NCBI RefSeq assembly: GCF_006345805.1
Contig: NW_021832775.1
Location: forward strand, 1 to 32,895
Reading direction: 5' to 3'
Origin: Octopus sinensis
Lineage: Eukaryota
Length of the DNA stretch: 32,895 bases
How positions within the stretch are numbered: the first letter of the stretch is position 1; each line of letters opens with the position of its first letter. The notes below the pieces were generated by a model. It made no database searches. It worked only from the letters and a program-made list of their open reading frames with translations, and was not told the origin of the DNA. The translations under genes were made by a program, and so were the position numbers. Positions 22,177 through 32,895 of the stretch are shown here, piece after piece.

Positions 22177-22960
22177 GCAGTGAACTGGCAAAAACTTTAA
22201 CACTCCCGCCGAAATGCTTAGTAGTACGTTCTGAGTTCAAATTCCGCTGAGGTCGACTTTGCCTTTCATCCGTTCGGTGTCGATAAATTAAGTAGGAGTT
22301 ACGCACTGAGGTCGATGTAATCGACTTAATCCGTTTGTCTGTCATTGTTTGTCCTCTCTATGTGTAGCCCCTTGTGGGTAGTAAAGAAATAGGTATTTCG
22401 TCTGCTGTTACGTTCTGAGATCAAATTTCCCCGAGGTCGTCTTTGCCTTTCATCCTTTCCGAGTCGATAAATTAAGTACCAGTTAAGCATTGCGGTCGAT
22501 TTAATCGACTTAATCCGTTTGTCTTTTCTTGTTTGTCCCCTCTATGTTTAGCCCCTTGTGGGCAATAAAGAAATAAGAAACTTTATCACGCCGGGCGAAA
22601 TACTTAGCTGCATTTCGTCTGTCTAATTCCGACTTTGACACTCATCCTTTCGAGGTCGATAAATTAAGTACCAGTTGCGTACTGCGGTCGATCCACAAAA
22701 TGTCGGGCTTTATGACTAGAGTAGAAAAGTATATTTTAACACTTTATGCGGTGAGCTGGCAGAAATTTTAGCACGCCGAGCGAAATACTTAGCGGTATTT
22801 CGTCCGTGTTTACGTTCTGAGTTCAAATTCCGCCGAGATCGACTTTGACTCTTATCCTTTCAGGGTCGATAAATTAAGTACCAGTTGCGTACTGGGGTCG
22901 ATATTATCGACTGGCCCGCTTCCCTAAAATTTCGGTCCTTGTGTCTAGAATAGAAAAGAA
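22177..22960 (+). mobile_element. Cluster of four head-to-tail or nested family A SINE units
   Basis: Units 22177-22391, 22392-22575, 22576-~22730 and 22748-22960, each with GTCGATAAATTAAGTA; 16-bp direct repeat around the cluster. Confidence 0.88.
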
Positions 22961-23046
22961 TTTATTGCTAATCACCACCATAATCATCATCACCATCATT
23001 GCCATCATCATTATTATTGTCGTTGTCATCATCATCATCATTGCTA

Positions 23047-23145
23047 AAGCGGTGAGATGACAGACTCGTTTGCACGTCGGGCAAAGTGTTTAATGGCGAT
23101 TTTTGCCCTTCTTACGTTCTGAGTTCGAATTCCATTGATGTTGAT
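23047..23145 (+). mobile_element. SINE family A head fragment
   Basis: GCGGTGAGATGACAGA...TTACGTTCTGAGTTCGAATTCC. Confidence 0.65.
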
Positions 23146-23409
23146 ATTTGATGGCAACAAAATAAATACGAGTTAAATACGTGAGCGAATGTAATCGACA
23201 AGCCTTCTTCTCCTGAATATGACTAAAGTAGAAATTATTTGTATTATTATTAAGCGAGGAATTACCAAAATCTTTGCAATAGAAATAAAGATTTCGCAGC
23301 ATTGCTTCAGCTCTTTATGTTCCGAAATGAAATTCCGCCGAGTTCGAATTAGCATTCATAACCGGTAAAATATTGTGAGTCGCAGAAATCTGGACACTAT
23401 TGTGCAGAG

Positions 23410-23613
23410 GTTGTTGTTGTAGATGATGGTGGTAGTGATGGTGATAATGCTGCTGCTGCTGCTACTGCTGCTGCTGATGATGATGATGATGGTGATGACC
23501 CGGAGGCTTAGAGAGTGGACAAAATTCTAAAATATGACCTATGAGCAAAAAAAAAAAAGAAAGAAGCCCTGGTTGGTGTCTGCGTCGAATTCTCACGAAC
23601 AAAGACATTAGAC

Positions 23614-23651
<38 letters not shown>

Positions 23652-24068
23652 ACTAATACTACAACTACTTCTACGACTACTACTATATTACTACTAATAC
23701 TACTACTATTATTAATACTAATACTCATGCTACTGTTGCTGTTGCTGATGATAAATATACTACTAGTACTATTACTACTACTACTACTACTATTTCTACT
23801 GCTACTACTATTACGACTATAACTGCTACTACTACTACTACTACTACAACTACTACTGTTGCTGCTGCTACTGCTGTTACTACTATCACTGCTGCTTTTG
23901 CTGCTGCTGCTGCTGCTGCTGCTGCTACTACTACTACAACTAGTAGAAAAAATAACTGTAGAAAAATAACTGTAGTAGTAGTAGTAGAAGTAGTAGTAGT
24001 AGTAGTAGTAGTATGACTGATTACGACTATCGCTACATCTACTACTACTACTACTACTACTACTACAA
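23410..24068. repeat. Trinucleotide tracts (GAT/GCT, TAC, TGC, TAG)
   Basis: Direct read. Confidence 0.9.
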
Positions 24069-24246
24069 TAGGCTTCCACAATACCAACAACAGCAATACT
24101 GTCACACTGGCACACTCCAAAAAACATTTCAATTATAATCACAAATTTCAGGGCCTCAGTAATTAACGCCATTACAATTGGTAACGTATTTACTGTTGAC
24201 GCTGTCACTAACTGGATAAGCGTGGAAGAGCAAGAGTGGAAGGGTA

Positions 24247-24287
<41 letters not shown>

Positions 24288-24570
24288 GGGGGATATTTGT
24301 TACATTCACGCAAAAACAATAGAAATGACAGCAAGAAGAATTACAAAAATAATAACAATAACAATAACAAAAACAAGGATAAATATAAACTGTGAAGTCC
24401 AAACACAATCACATCACAGACACAGCACAGCACGAACGGCTGCGAAGCAGAGAAAAATCATGGCGGACAATATACAAAGCAATTACGACACACAGCGCAT
24501 CTCTACTGACTTTCGAGAGATGCAGAACAGCTACGTAGAACACATATGCACATATGCCGGGCTGTAGAAA

Positions 24571-24572
<2 letters not shown>

Positions 24573-24631
<59 letters not shown>

Positions 24632-25300
24632 GCATACACACACAGATTGAGACGTGCATATATGTACATTCAGACATGCAAACACGTACGCAGTGTGACA
24701 CAACGCGTATACATACTCACGACACGCATACACACAAACACCCAGACACACAGAATGGGAGGCGCCTATACATACAATACACATACATACAAACCACAGT
24801 GAAACACACACTCTTAGACACGCTTATACACACACACCACACACACACCATCTGCATACACACAAACAGAAATACACACAGATTGTAAGACATGCATATA
24901 CATACACAAATAAGGCATACACGATAACTTACAGACAATCACGGAGCGCGGGATATACTTATATCCATACGCACAACACGTGTACACACATGCACACAAA
25001 CACAAAAACATACAGAGGGTGTGAGCGATGCATTTACATACACACAACACACATGCACACTAACATACACGCAGTATGTGATACAACACACACACGCACA
25101 CGCATAAAGACACACACACACAGTTTGAGAAATGCATATAGACACACAACACGCAACACAAAACACGCACACAGTCTAAGACATGCATATGCATACGCAC
25201 AGACACACACGCACACGACATACATACACACACACACGCACACACAGAGAAACAACGTGAGGTATACGCATAGACATACGCACTCTTCCCTCATACGCAG
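24573..25300. repeat. (CA)-rich degenerate micro/minisatellite
   Basis: Direct read; loose recurring motif CACAG..T..GA.ATGCATAT. Confidence 0.8.
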
Positions 25301-25939
25301 ACATTGAACGAAACATCAAACATTAAGCAGACATCTCCCAGAAGCAAATCTGTCTCTGCCTTCTCCTTCTACGTATTTATCTGGACAGTATAATGTCACG
25401 TTTAATGGCCCCCGTGTTGGAAGAAGACAATTTATCATAAGCTTCTGTTTGTTCAACCTTGATTTGCCTCCTTTCTGGATGTTGTCTTAAAAACGCAGAA
25501 AAGAAACTTTCAAGAACCAACCGGAAGAAAGGAAAAAGATGTGACACAACAGAGGTGTCTTTGTTCTCTCCTTGTCTGGCCATTCTCTCATGAATCAGAA
25601 CGTTCTATGAAGTATGTTAGACAAATGCATATTTAAATTAAGAAATATACACGTAAGTGTATTCACATACGCAAGCACACAAAGAGGCACGGACGTATAC
25701 ACATACTCACACTCATATATATATATATGTAACACATACGCACACAAGAATTCTTGACGTAGATCCATTGAAAATTACACCGTAACTGTGGATGACACCA
25801 GGTAGCCCAAATGGTAAATGTGCTATAATCAGCATATTAAAAGACATATACCTAAAGTCCAAATAGTCACACACACACACACACACACATACACACACAC
25901 ACACACACACGTACACACACATATATAAATAAGTTTGTT

Positions 25940-26125
25940 TACCCCACTACCGAATGACAACCGGTGTTGGTGCTTCCGCCTCCCTAACTAAGCAATCCCG
26001 GCAAAATGTATCGATAGAATAAGTACCAGGCTTACGAAAGAAGTACTGGAGTCGAGTCATTCGACTAAAATATCAATATAGTACCCCAGCACGGCCGCAG
26101 TTTAATGACTGAAGCAAGCAGAAGG

Positions 26126-26128
<3 letters not shown>
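25940..26128 (+). mobile_element. SINE family C, 3' half, degraded
   Basis: GACAACCGGTGTTGGTG...GATAGAATAAGTACCAGGCTTAC...CCAGCACGGCCGCAG...TGACTGAA; similar to the reverse complement of 31140-31335. Confidence 0.7.
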
Positions 26129-26157
<29 letters not shown>

Positions 26158-26203
26158 TATATATTATATATATATATATATAATATATGTATATATGTGA
26201 ATA

Positions 26204-26520
26204 TCTATTATTTAAAATCTGTTCTGTTTGTCTGTGTGTGTGTGTCATCTAGGATCTCGGGCATCCTCCATCCGATTGCGCTCAAATTTGATATGTAGAT
26301 ATGTAGATACCGACGGTATAATGGCGTGTATAATCTTGAAAATCTACAAAATTCGATTCCAGGTGAGAATGCGATCGATAAAGCCGTGGCACCGTGCATT
26401 TGTACGCGCAAGTACATCAACTGTTGCGATCGATAATACGCGTACGCGAGAAAAATGCACGTGCAGTTTGCACAAAAAAGCCGGCTTGTTTGGTGTCTCA
26501 AATTTAGGTTAAATCAGTGT
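26204..26520 (+). mobile_element. Possible non-autonomous Helitron/DINE-like element, 5' part
   Basis: A|TCTATTATTTAAAA start, (TCTG/TG) run and CCGATTGCGCTCAAATTTG motif recall such elements. No 3' CTRR end or hairpin found; the end coordinate is arbitrary. Confidence 0.4.
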
Positions 26521-26664
26521 TTCTCAAAGGAGAGGCCTATGGGATGGTCGAACAAGTTGTTTTGAGAAAATTTGGGTTAAATGCTTGACAACTCAGCGTT
26601 TTGCTCGTATGTATATGTACGTGTGTTTGCATGTGTGTGCGTGTCTGTGTGTGCGTGTGTGTGT

Positions 26665-27020
26665 GGAGGTGCAATGGCCCAGTGGTTAGGGCAGCGGACT
26701 CGCGGTTTCGATTCCCAGACCGGGTGTTGTGAGTGTTTATTGAGAGAAAACACTTAAAGGACAGCGAGGCAGGGGTGGTAGTGAACCCTGCTGTACGCTT
26801 TCACCACAACTTCCCCTCTCTCTTTCTTCTTGCTTCTGTTGTACCTGTATTTCAAAGGGCCAGCCTTGTCAAACTCTGTGTCATGCCGAATCTCAACGAG
26901 AACTACGTTAAAGGTTCTCGTGTCTGTGGAGTGCTCAGCCAGTTGCACGTTAATTTCACGAGCAGGCTGTTCCGTTGATCGGATCAACTGGAACACTCGA
27001 CGTTGTTATCGACGAGTGGC
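26665..27020 (+). mobile_element. tRNA-derived SINE, family B, tail type 2
   Basis: Head as at 4854 and 31626 (with a small deletion); 3' part matches the reverse complement of 28290-28490. Confidence 0.85.
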
Positions 27021-27051
27021 CACCACATATATATATAATATATATATATAT

Positions 27052-27105
<54 letters not shown>

Positions 27106-27299
27106 GTGTGTGTGTGTGTGGTGTTATGTATATATGTATATCAAATTAAGGAGGAGAGAAAACAAATTCAAAGGTCAATGTATATATTCATTCAATCCAT
27201 ATTAGCGAAATTCTCCTGGTACACAAAATATATACATAGATGCATTCATATATGATATATAAAAAATTTCTATAATTCACAAACCACAGCATACACCAC

Positions 27300-27342
<43 letters not shown>

Positions 27343-27411
27343 TATATTTTATTTATATTATATATATATATACACAAACACACATGTAAAAATCTAAATA
27401 ATAAAAAACAT

Positions 27412-27593
27412 AAATGTGCCCTTTTTAAAGCCTAGCCAGGCTCATGGGCCCGGTTTTCCCGTTTCAACGTAGACTGAAGAAACGTGAAACGAAGTGTTTT
27501 GCTCAAGAACACAACGCGTCGCCCAGTCCAGGAATGGAAACTACAACCTTACGATTAAGGTGCTGACACCCTAACCACTAAGCCACGCCCCTC
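27412..27593 (-). mobile_element. tRNA-derived SINE, internally deleted
   Basis: Minus strand GGCGTGGCTTAGTGGTTAGGGTG...GTTTCCATTCC...GTGTTCTTGAGCAAAACACTT. Confidence 0.7.
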
Positions 27594-27931
27594 GACCATG
27601 TAAAATATATAATGCGTTCTATATTAAGTATACCGCATTACTGTATTTTTATTGTCATAAGTATTTACTTACGCTCTGGGCTTCATTTAATCCGTTCTGC
27701 TTTGAATGTACCCAACATTAATGATTTTACTAATAGAATTAGTAAAATTACTTCCATTAATAAACCACTATGTAATTATTGCAAAGCTTCATACGTATTT
27801 CAATTGTTGAGACAGAAATTTACATTTACTTTTACATCTATTTCCTATATTATTATTCTTTAACTCTCCTCTGTTCAAAGAAATATTATACACACACACC
27901 ACACTTATATATATATGTATATATTTCTTTA

Positions 27932-27994
<63 letters not shown>

Positions 27995-28289
27995 CGTGAA
28001 ATCGTTAGAGGAATATTTGTTCATTAGTAAAATCCTATATGTATATATATTATATATATATATATATATAACATATAAAACTTATACAATCTTATAAGTG
28101 TAATTTCATACGTTTCCATTTGTACAGGTATAAATATGAAATTATTAACGCGTACAAATAAATAAGACTTCTCATAAATGTATGCAAACAGTCATGGAAA
28201 ACAATCCAGAAACGAGACTGAGACGCTTTCAATCATGCGTACAATCTTCAATGTCCTGACCGATTCATGTATATAATATCTCTTCTGAA

Positions 28290-28581
28290 GCACTCCGTCG
28301 GTTACGACGACGAGGGTTCCGGTTGATCCGAATCAACGGAACAGCCTGCTCGTGAAATTAACGTGTAAGTGGCTGAGCACTCCACAGACACGTGTACCCT
28401 TAACGTAGTTCTCGGGGATATTCAGCGTGACACAGAGAGTGACAAGGCCGGCCCTTTGAAATACAGGTACAACAGAAACAGGAAGTAAGAGTGAGAGAAA
28501 GTTGTGGTGAAAGATCACAGCAGGGATCACCACCATCCCCTGCCGGAGACTCGTGGAGCTTTAGGTGTTTTCGCTCAATAA
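28290..28581 (-). mobile_element. SINE family B, tail type 2, 5'-truncated
   Basis: Reverse complement of ~26738-27020. Confidence 0.85.
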
Positions 28582-28904
28582 GTATATAATATATGGATTT
28601 ACAAATACAATGGTTACGCAAACTCGACAGTCGAGGAAAACGCGTAACAGTTCAAAGAAAATAGGTAAAAAAAAAAGAAAGAAGATTTAGCACATTCTTT
28701 GTTTTGTCAAAAAGTAAATGTAGGTCAAATGTGAAAGGTAAAAGTGGAAATATTTGTTGCAATAAAAATCGATTGATTCAATTTCTAGCTATTAATTAAT
28801 GTATCGTCGAGACGATTTTCTACAACAGAGTGAGCATTCCATACGCTTCCATTAGATTTATTCCATATCTACATAACTGTGTCTCTTTAATTTTCTCCCC
28901 ATCA

Positions 28905-28980
<76 letters not shown>

Positions 28981-29398
28981 AATTCATAAATGAGGGCAAA
29001 GGAAAAAATTCTAATGCCAAATATGCCGAAAATTTGGACATATTGTCCATTAACCATATAATTTTTTCACAGCCTCGAATGGGCTGGAGTATTTCTATTT
29101 TGGATGTATTTGGGGTACTTAATTGTGCCCATGACTTAGTATTTGCTTCATCCATGGTGCAAGTAGGTATCTCATTTATTTCTTTTGCCACATGTATCAC
29201 TGATAAAGAGAGGGCTCTTAGTAGCTAACTCTGAAATCGGTCCGATATGGTAATAATGAAATTTTTTAGAAATTTCTGTTGACCTTTTTTCGAGTAGCGT
29301 GCGTATTGTGAAAAAATTATATGGTTAATGGACAATATATCCAAATTTTCAGCATATTTGGCATTAGAAATTTTTTCCTTTGCCCTCATTTATGAATT
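28981..29398 (+). mobile_element. Penelope-like remnant with 90-bp inverted arms and a central hammerhead
   Basis: 28981-29070 is a near-perfect reverse complement of 29308-29398; preceded by (TA)n. Confidence 0.75.
29195..29252 (+). ncRNA. Type I hammerhead with a G8A core change
   Basis: TATCA-CTGATAA-AGAG-[18 nt]-CTCT-GAAA-TCGGTCCGA-TA-TGGTA. Confidence 0.65.
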
Positions 29399-30259
29399 GT
29401 TTATAAATTTAACCGTTAAAGGTATTTTTTAATATGCTGGCCATTGATAAATTTTTTTTCGAGAAAATATTTTTTTTCGAAAAGAATTTTATCCTCACAT
29501 TTGATATATATTTATATATATACAATTAATAATATCAAAGGTAATGAGAAATATTAGAACTTTCTACTCCCAGTGGGTTAGAGTGCAAAAATTTAGTCAA
29601 TAGGATATATATTTTAATTTACAACTAGTGTTACTTCGTCAGTTGTAAATTAAAATTGTTTTATTTTAATTTATATAAGATTGCAGAAACTATGCATAGT
29701 TCAGAAAAAATAAGATAAATGCTTTTATTTTTCATTCCCTTTCAGAATTACAACTATTAGTGGCTTGGAGTTTTAACTGCTCTTTCTAGTGAATCAGATG
29801 TCCTATTATTGGTCATCTCTTATGTGTTTAAATGTACACTGTATATATATATATAAGACGTGAGCTTCACTACAACTTTTTCAGACGTATTTTATGTGGT
29901 GATTCTCAACCAATCTATGTTAATTTTACTTCACCATACTCAGAACCTTCCCTGCGTTAGACCTTGAGCTTGCAGAGGATCGTGGAACATGTGCCAGAGT
30001 ATGCTCATGCGTGATTTTAAGTATACGTTGAGTACATTTCGTATATTTGTCTACCTTCATAACTTTGTTATTTGAATACCTTCATTCCCTTGGATCCTGA
30101 AAATTTTATTATATATAGTATATGTGTGTGTACTGCTGTCAAATCATTCGACTAAAAATCAAGGCAGTGTTCCAGCATGACTGAGGTCTAATCGCCGAAA
30201 GAAATGAAAGATAAAAGCGAGTTAGATACATATAGATATGTATACATATATGTTTACGA

Positions 30260-30490
30260 GGCGGCGAGCTGGCAGAAACGTTAGCACGCCGGGCGAAATG
30301 CGTAGCCGTATTTCGTCTGCCGCTACGTTATGGGCTCAAATTCCGCCGAGGTCGACTTTGCCTTTCATCCTTTCGGGGTCGATAAATTAAGTACCAGTTA
30401 TGCACTGGGGTCGATATAATCAACTTAATCCGTTTGTCTGTCCTTGTTTGTCCCCTCTGTGTTTAGCCCCTTGTGGGTAGTAAAGAAATA
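30260..30490 (+). mobile_element. SINE family A, full length, with target-site duplication
   Basis: tRNA-like head and central CCTTTCATCCTTTCGGGGTCGATAAATTAAGTACCAG (resembles Nin/Deu-type SINE domains). TSD ATATATGTTTACGA / ATATATGTGTACGA. Confidence 0.9.
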
Positions 30491-30500
30491 TATATGTGTA

Positions 30501-30998
30501 CGAGGGGACACCCACAAGAAACCGGAATTTTGCAATATTATATTATTCAATTTGTTTTACATGTTTACACTCATATCGTTTTCAAAGTATTCTCCATGTG
30601 AAGTAATGCATTGATCCAGGCGCGTTTTCCACTACTCGAAACAGTGCAGGAACTCTTACGAAGTGATGTTTTTCAACGCCTGCATCGTTTTATCCTTCAC
30701 CGCTTCCACATCTGCAAATTCCGTAGCATTAGCTTTCATCATCTGTGATGACCTTCCACAATTCTTTCAGTTCAGGACACGCATTCAATCGTGACTGCTT
30801 TTGATCTTCCGTGAGCAAGCGAGGCACATATTTTGCTGCAACACTTTTCATTCGCAACTTCTTGCTCAAAAATTTGTTGGCAGGAGCTCCAGGACACACC
30901 GGTTGTATCAACAAGTTCATCAAGTGTTCGCTGACGTCTTCCAAGATAAGTTAGTGAATTCATGACGTTTTCATTCGTTCCAGAGATCGACGGCCGTC
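30501..30998 (-). pseudogene. Internally deleted mariner element with 3' end
   Basis: TLDELVDTTGVSWSSCQQI (HTH); AKYVPRLLTEDQKQSRL (WVPHEL-like); VITDDES (first catalytic D motif); then a jump to FADVEAVK...WKTRLDQCITSHGEYFE. The end reads TA-CGAGGGG on the plus strand. Confidence 0.85.
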
Positions 30999-31139
30999 GC
31001 TAACTAATGACACCGGTCGGCAGAATAATGACTAATGCTAGTGTGTGTGTGTGTGTGTGTGGTGTGTGGTGTGTGTGTGTGTGTGTGTGTGTGTATGGTA
31101 TGTGTGTGTATGTGTGTATGTGTGTGTATACATATATTC

Positions 31140-31377
31140 TTTTTTATATGTTTCACTCATTTGACTGCAGGCATACTGGAGCACTGCCTTTAGTCAAACA
31201 GATAGGCACCAGGACTTAAACTTTGCAAGCGTATTAATTATTTTATCGGTCTCTTATGCCGAACCGCTAAGTTACGGGGATGTAACTTTGCGATTCGGCT
31301 ACTCACCAACATCAGTCGTCTAGCGATGGTGGAGTGGTGGAGACAAACACAAAGGCACAAACATATATGTACACACA

Positions 31378-31415
<38 letters not shown>

Positions 31416-31598
31416 ATGTATATATATATATACGTCAGGCTTCTTTCAGTTTCCGTCTACTAAATCCACTCACAAGGCTTTGGTCGGCCCGATGCAATAG
31501 TAGAAGACACTTGCCCAAGGTACCAGGCAGTGGGACTGAACCCGAAACCATGTGGCTGGTACGCAAGTGACTTTACCACACAGCCTCTCCTGCGGCTA
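31140..31598 (-). mobile_element. tRNA-derived SINE family C with an internal (TA/TG) microsatellite
   Basis: Minus-strand head GGCTGTGTGGTAAAG...GGGTTCAGTCCCACTG...CTTGGGCAAGTGTCTTCTACTA (CORE-like), internal microsatellite ~31360-31432, then the 3' part. Confidence 0.8.
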
Positions 31599-31625
31599 TA
31601 TATAAACATATGTATATCCAAACAT

Positions 31626-31924
31626 GGAGGCGCAATGGCCCAGTGGTTAGGGCAGCGGACTCGCGGTCGCAGGATCGCGGTTTCGATTCCCAGACCAGGC
31701 GTTGTGAGTGTTTATTGAGCGAAAACACCTAAAAGCTCCACGAGGCTCCGGCAGGGGGGGGGGTGATCCCTGCTGTACTCTTTCACCACTCTTTCTTCTG
31801 TTGGCCTGCTCGCTTAGCTAGCGGGGTGGCGTTATTCGAAGGCTAAAACAATGCGAACGCATTGTGACCAGCGATGTGTAGCTACATCTGATGGACTGGT
31901 CGGTCACGAGATGGTGATGGTGAT
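31626..31924 (+). mobile_element. tRNA-derived SINE, family B, tail type 1
   Basis: Matches 4854-5164. Confidence 0.85.
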
Positions 31925-32134
31925 ATGCAAACATACATTTATGTAGGCGTGTGAAATATATATTCATATAGGCGAGAAGATAAACAAAAAGACTCATGAA
32001 AACAAAGTTGGTAATTCCATAATTCCGACAGAAAAATAAAAAGGGATTTTGTTTATTCAACGGCTCTGAGATGGCAATATTATATTCATAAATCTGCTAA
32101 GAATACTTAAAATATATATATCTAACAATAAAAA

Positions 32135-32318
32135 CTCACATACACACACACATACGCGCACACACTCATACATATGTGCGTGTGTGTATGAATGTATGCA
32201 TTTATGTATGTAGGTTTATATATGTATATGTAAGAACATTTTATTGTCAAGTCACATATAAGCACCATCTTAAACACTAATTCACACACATACACACATA
32301 TATATATGTGTGTGTGTG

Positions 32319-32354
<36 letters not shown>

Positions 32355-32440
32355 ATAACAATATAATAAATAACACATATGCATATATACATACATATAT
32401 GTACATACTTAAATCTATATGTATATATATACATGCATAT
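32135..32440. repeat. (CA)/(TA)/(TG) microsatellite block
   Basis: Direct read. Confidence 0.9.
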
Positions 32441-32895
32441 ATGCGTACAGGACACCACAAATAAACGTAGAACACAACGAGAAACGAAAACATAAAATCA
32501 AACAAGGAGACGGACTTTTTTTAACAACGAAAAAACAGAGTACAGGACAAACAATACAAGGAAAATTCCCCTTCATCAGCTGCCCCTGGTTCCACTCAAT
32601 GCGTGTTTCGAAGGTAAGGGCAGAACACGATCCGTCCGAAATAGTCCTTCCTGCAAAAGGAATTAAATAAAATTCTTTTACAGAGGGGTAAAACAAGTGA
32701 CAAGAACAGAACGTAAAAGCAATACAAATGAAGAAAAAAACAGTAGAAAAAACAGTACAAATAAAGAATAACAGGACAAGGAAACCAACAGTAAGGGCTT
32801 TTTTAAGCCTAGACGGTGGAAAAATTCGTTAGCACACATGTGAAAAAATCGGCTTCACATGCATTCTAGCGAATTTTTCATCGATGAGTTAGTGT

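Noticed and set aside
25377-25583. 68-aa ORF in non-repetitive sequence
   Set aside because: No recognisable domain or supporting gene structure.
32560-32615. Minus-strand CTGATGA near a GAAAC
   Set aside because: I could not pair stems I-III around the two motifs in any hammerhead topology.

Overview
Very AT-rich, repeat-saturated eukaryotic DNA with no intact host protein-coding gene. The SINE repertoire looks like an octopus/cephalopod genome (inferred from recalled repeat families, not searched). Nearly all ORFs in the track are microsatellite read-throughs. The real coding remnants are all transposon-derived: a Penelope-type GIY-YIG endonuclease (5853-6216, -), a Tx1/L1-type LINE 3' part (11645-13217, -), an R4/Dong-type RLE LINE 3' part (17855-18540, -) and two mariner transposase relics. 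The main signal is RNA-level. A ~484-bp unit is repeated about 6.3 times head-to-tail and then about 1.6 times inverted (992-4831), and each full unit carries a type I hammerhead ribozyme with a palindromic stem III and a long, G-U-rich stem II insertion (retrozyme/Penelope pLTR architecture). At least four more sequence-distinct hammerhead-bearing elements occur elsewhere, most abutting (TA)n and several with inverted ends. Different retroelements sit in different microsatellites: (TA)n, (GATA)n and (TAA)n.
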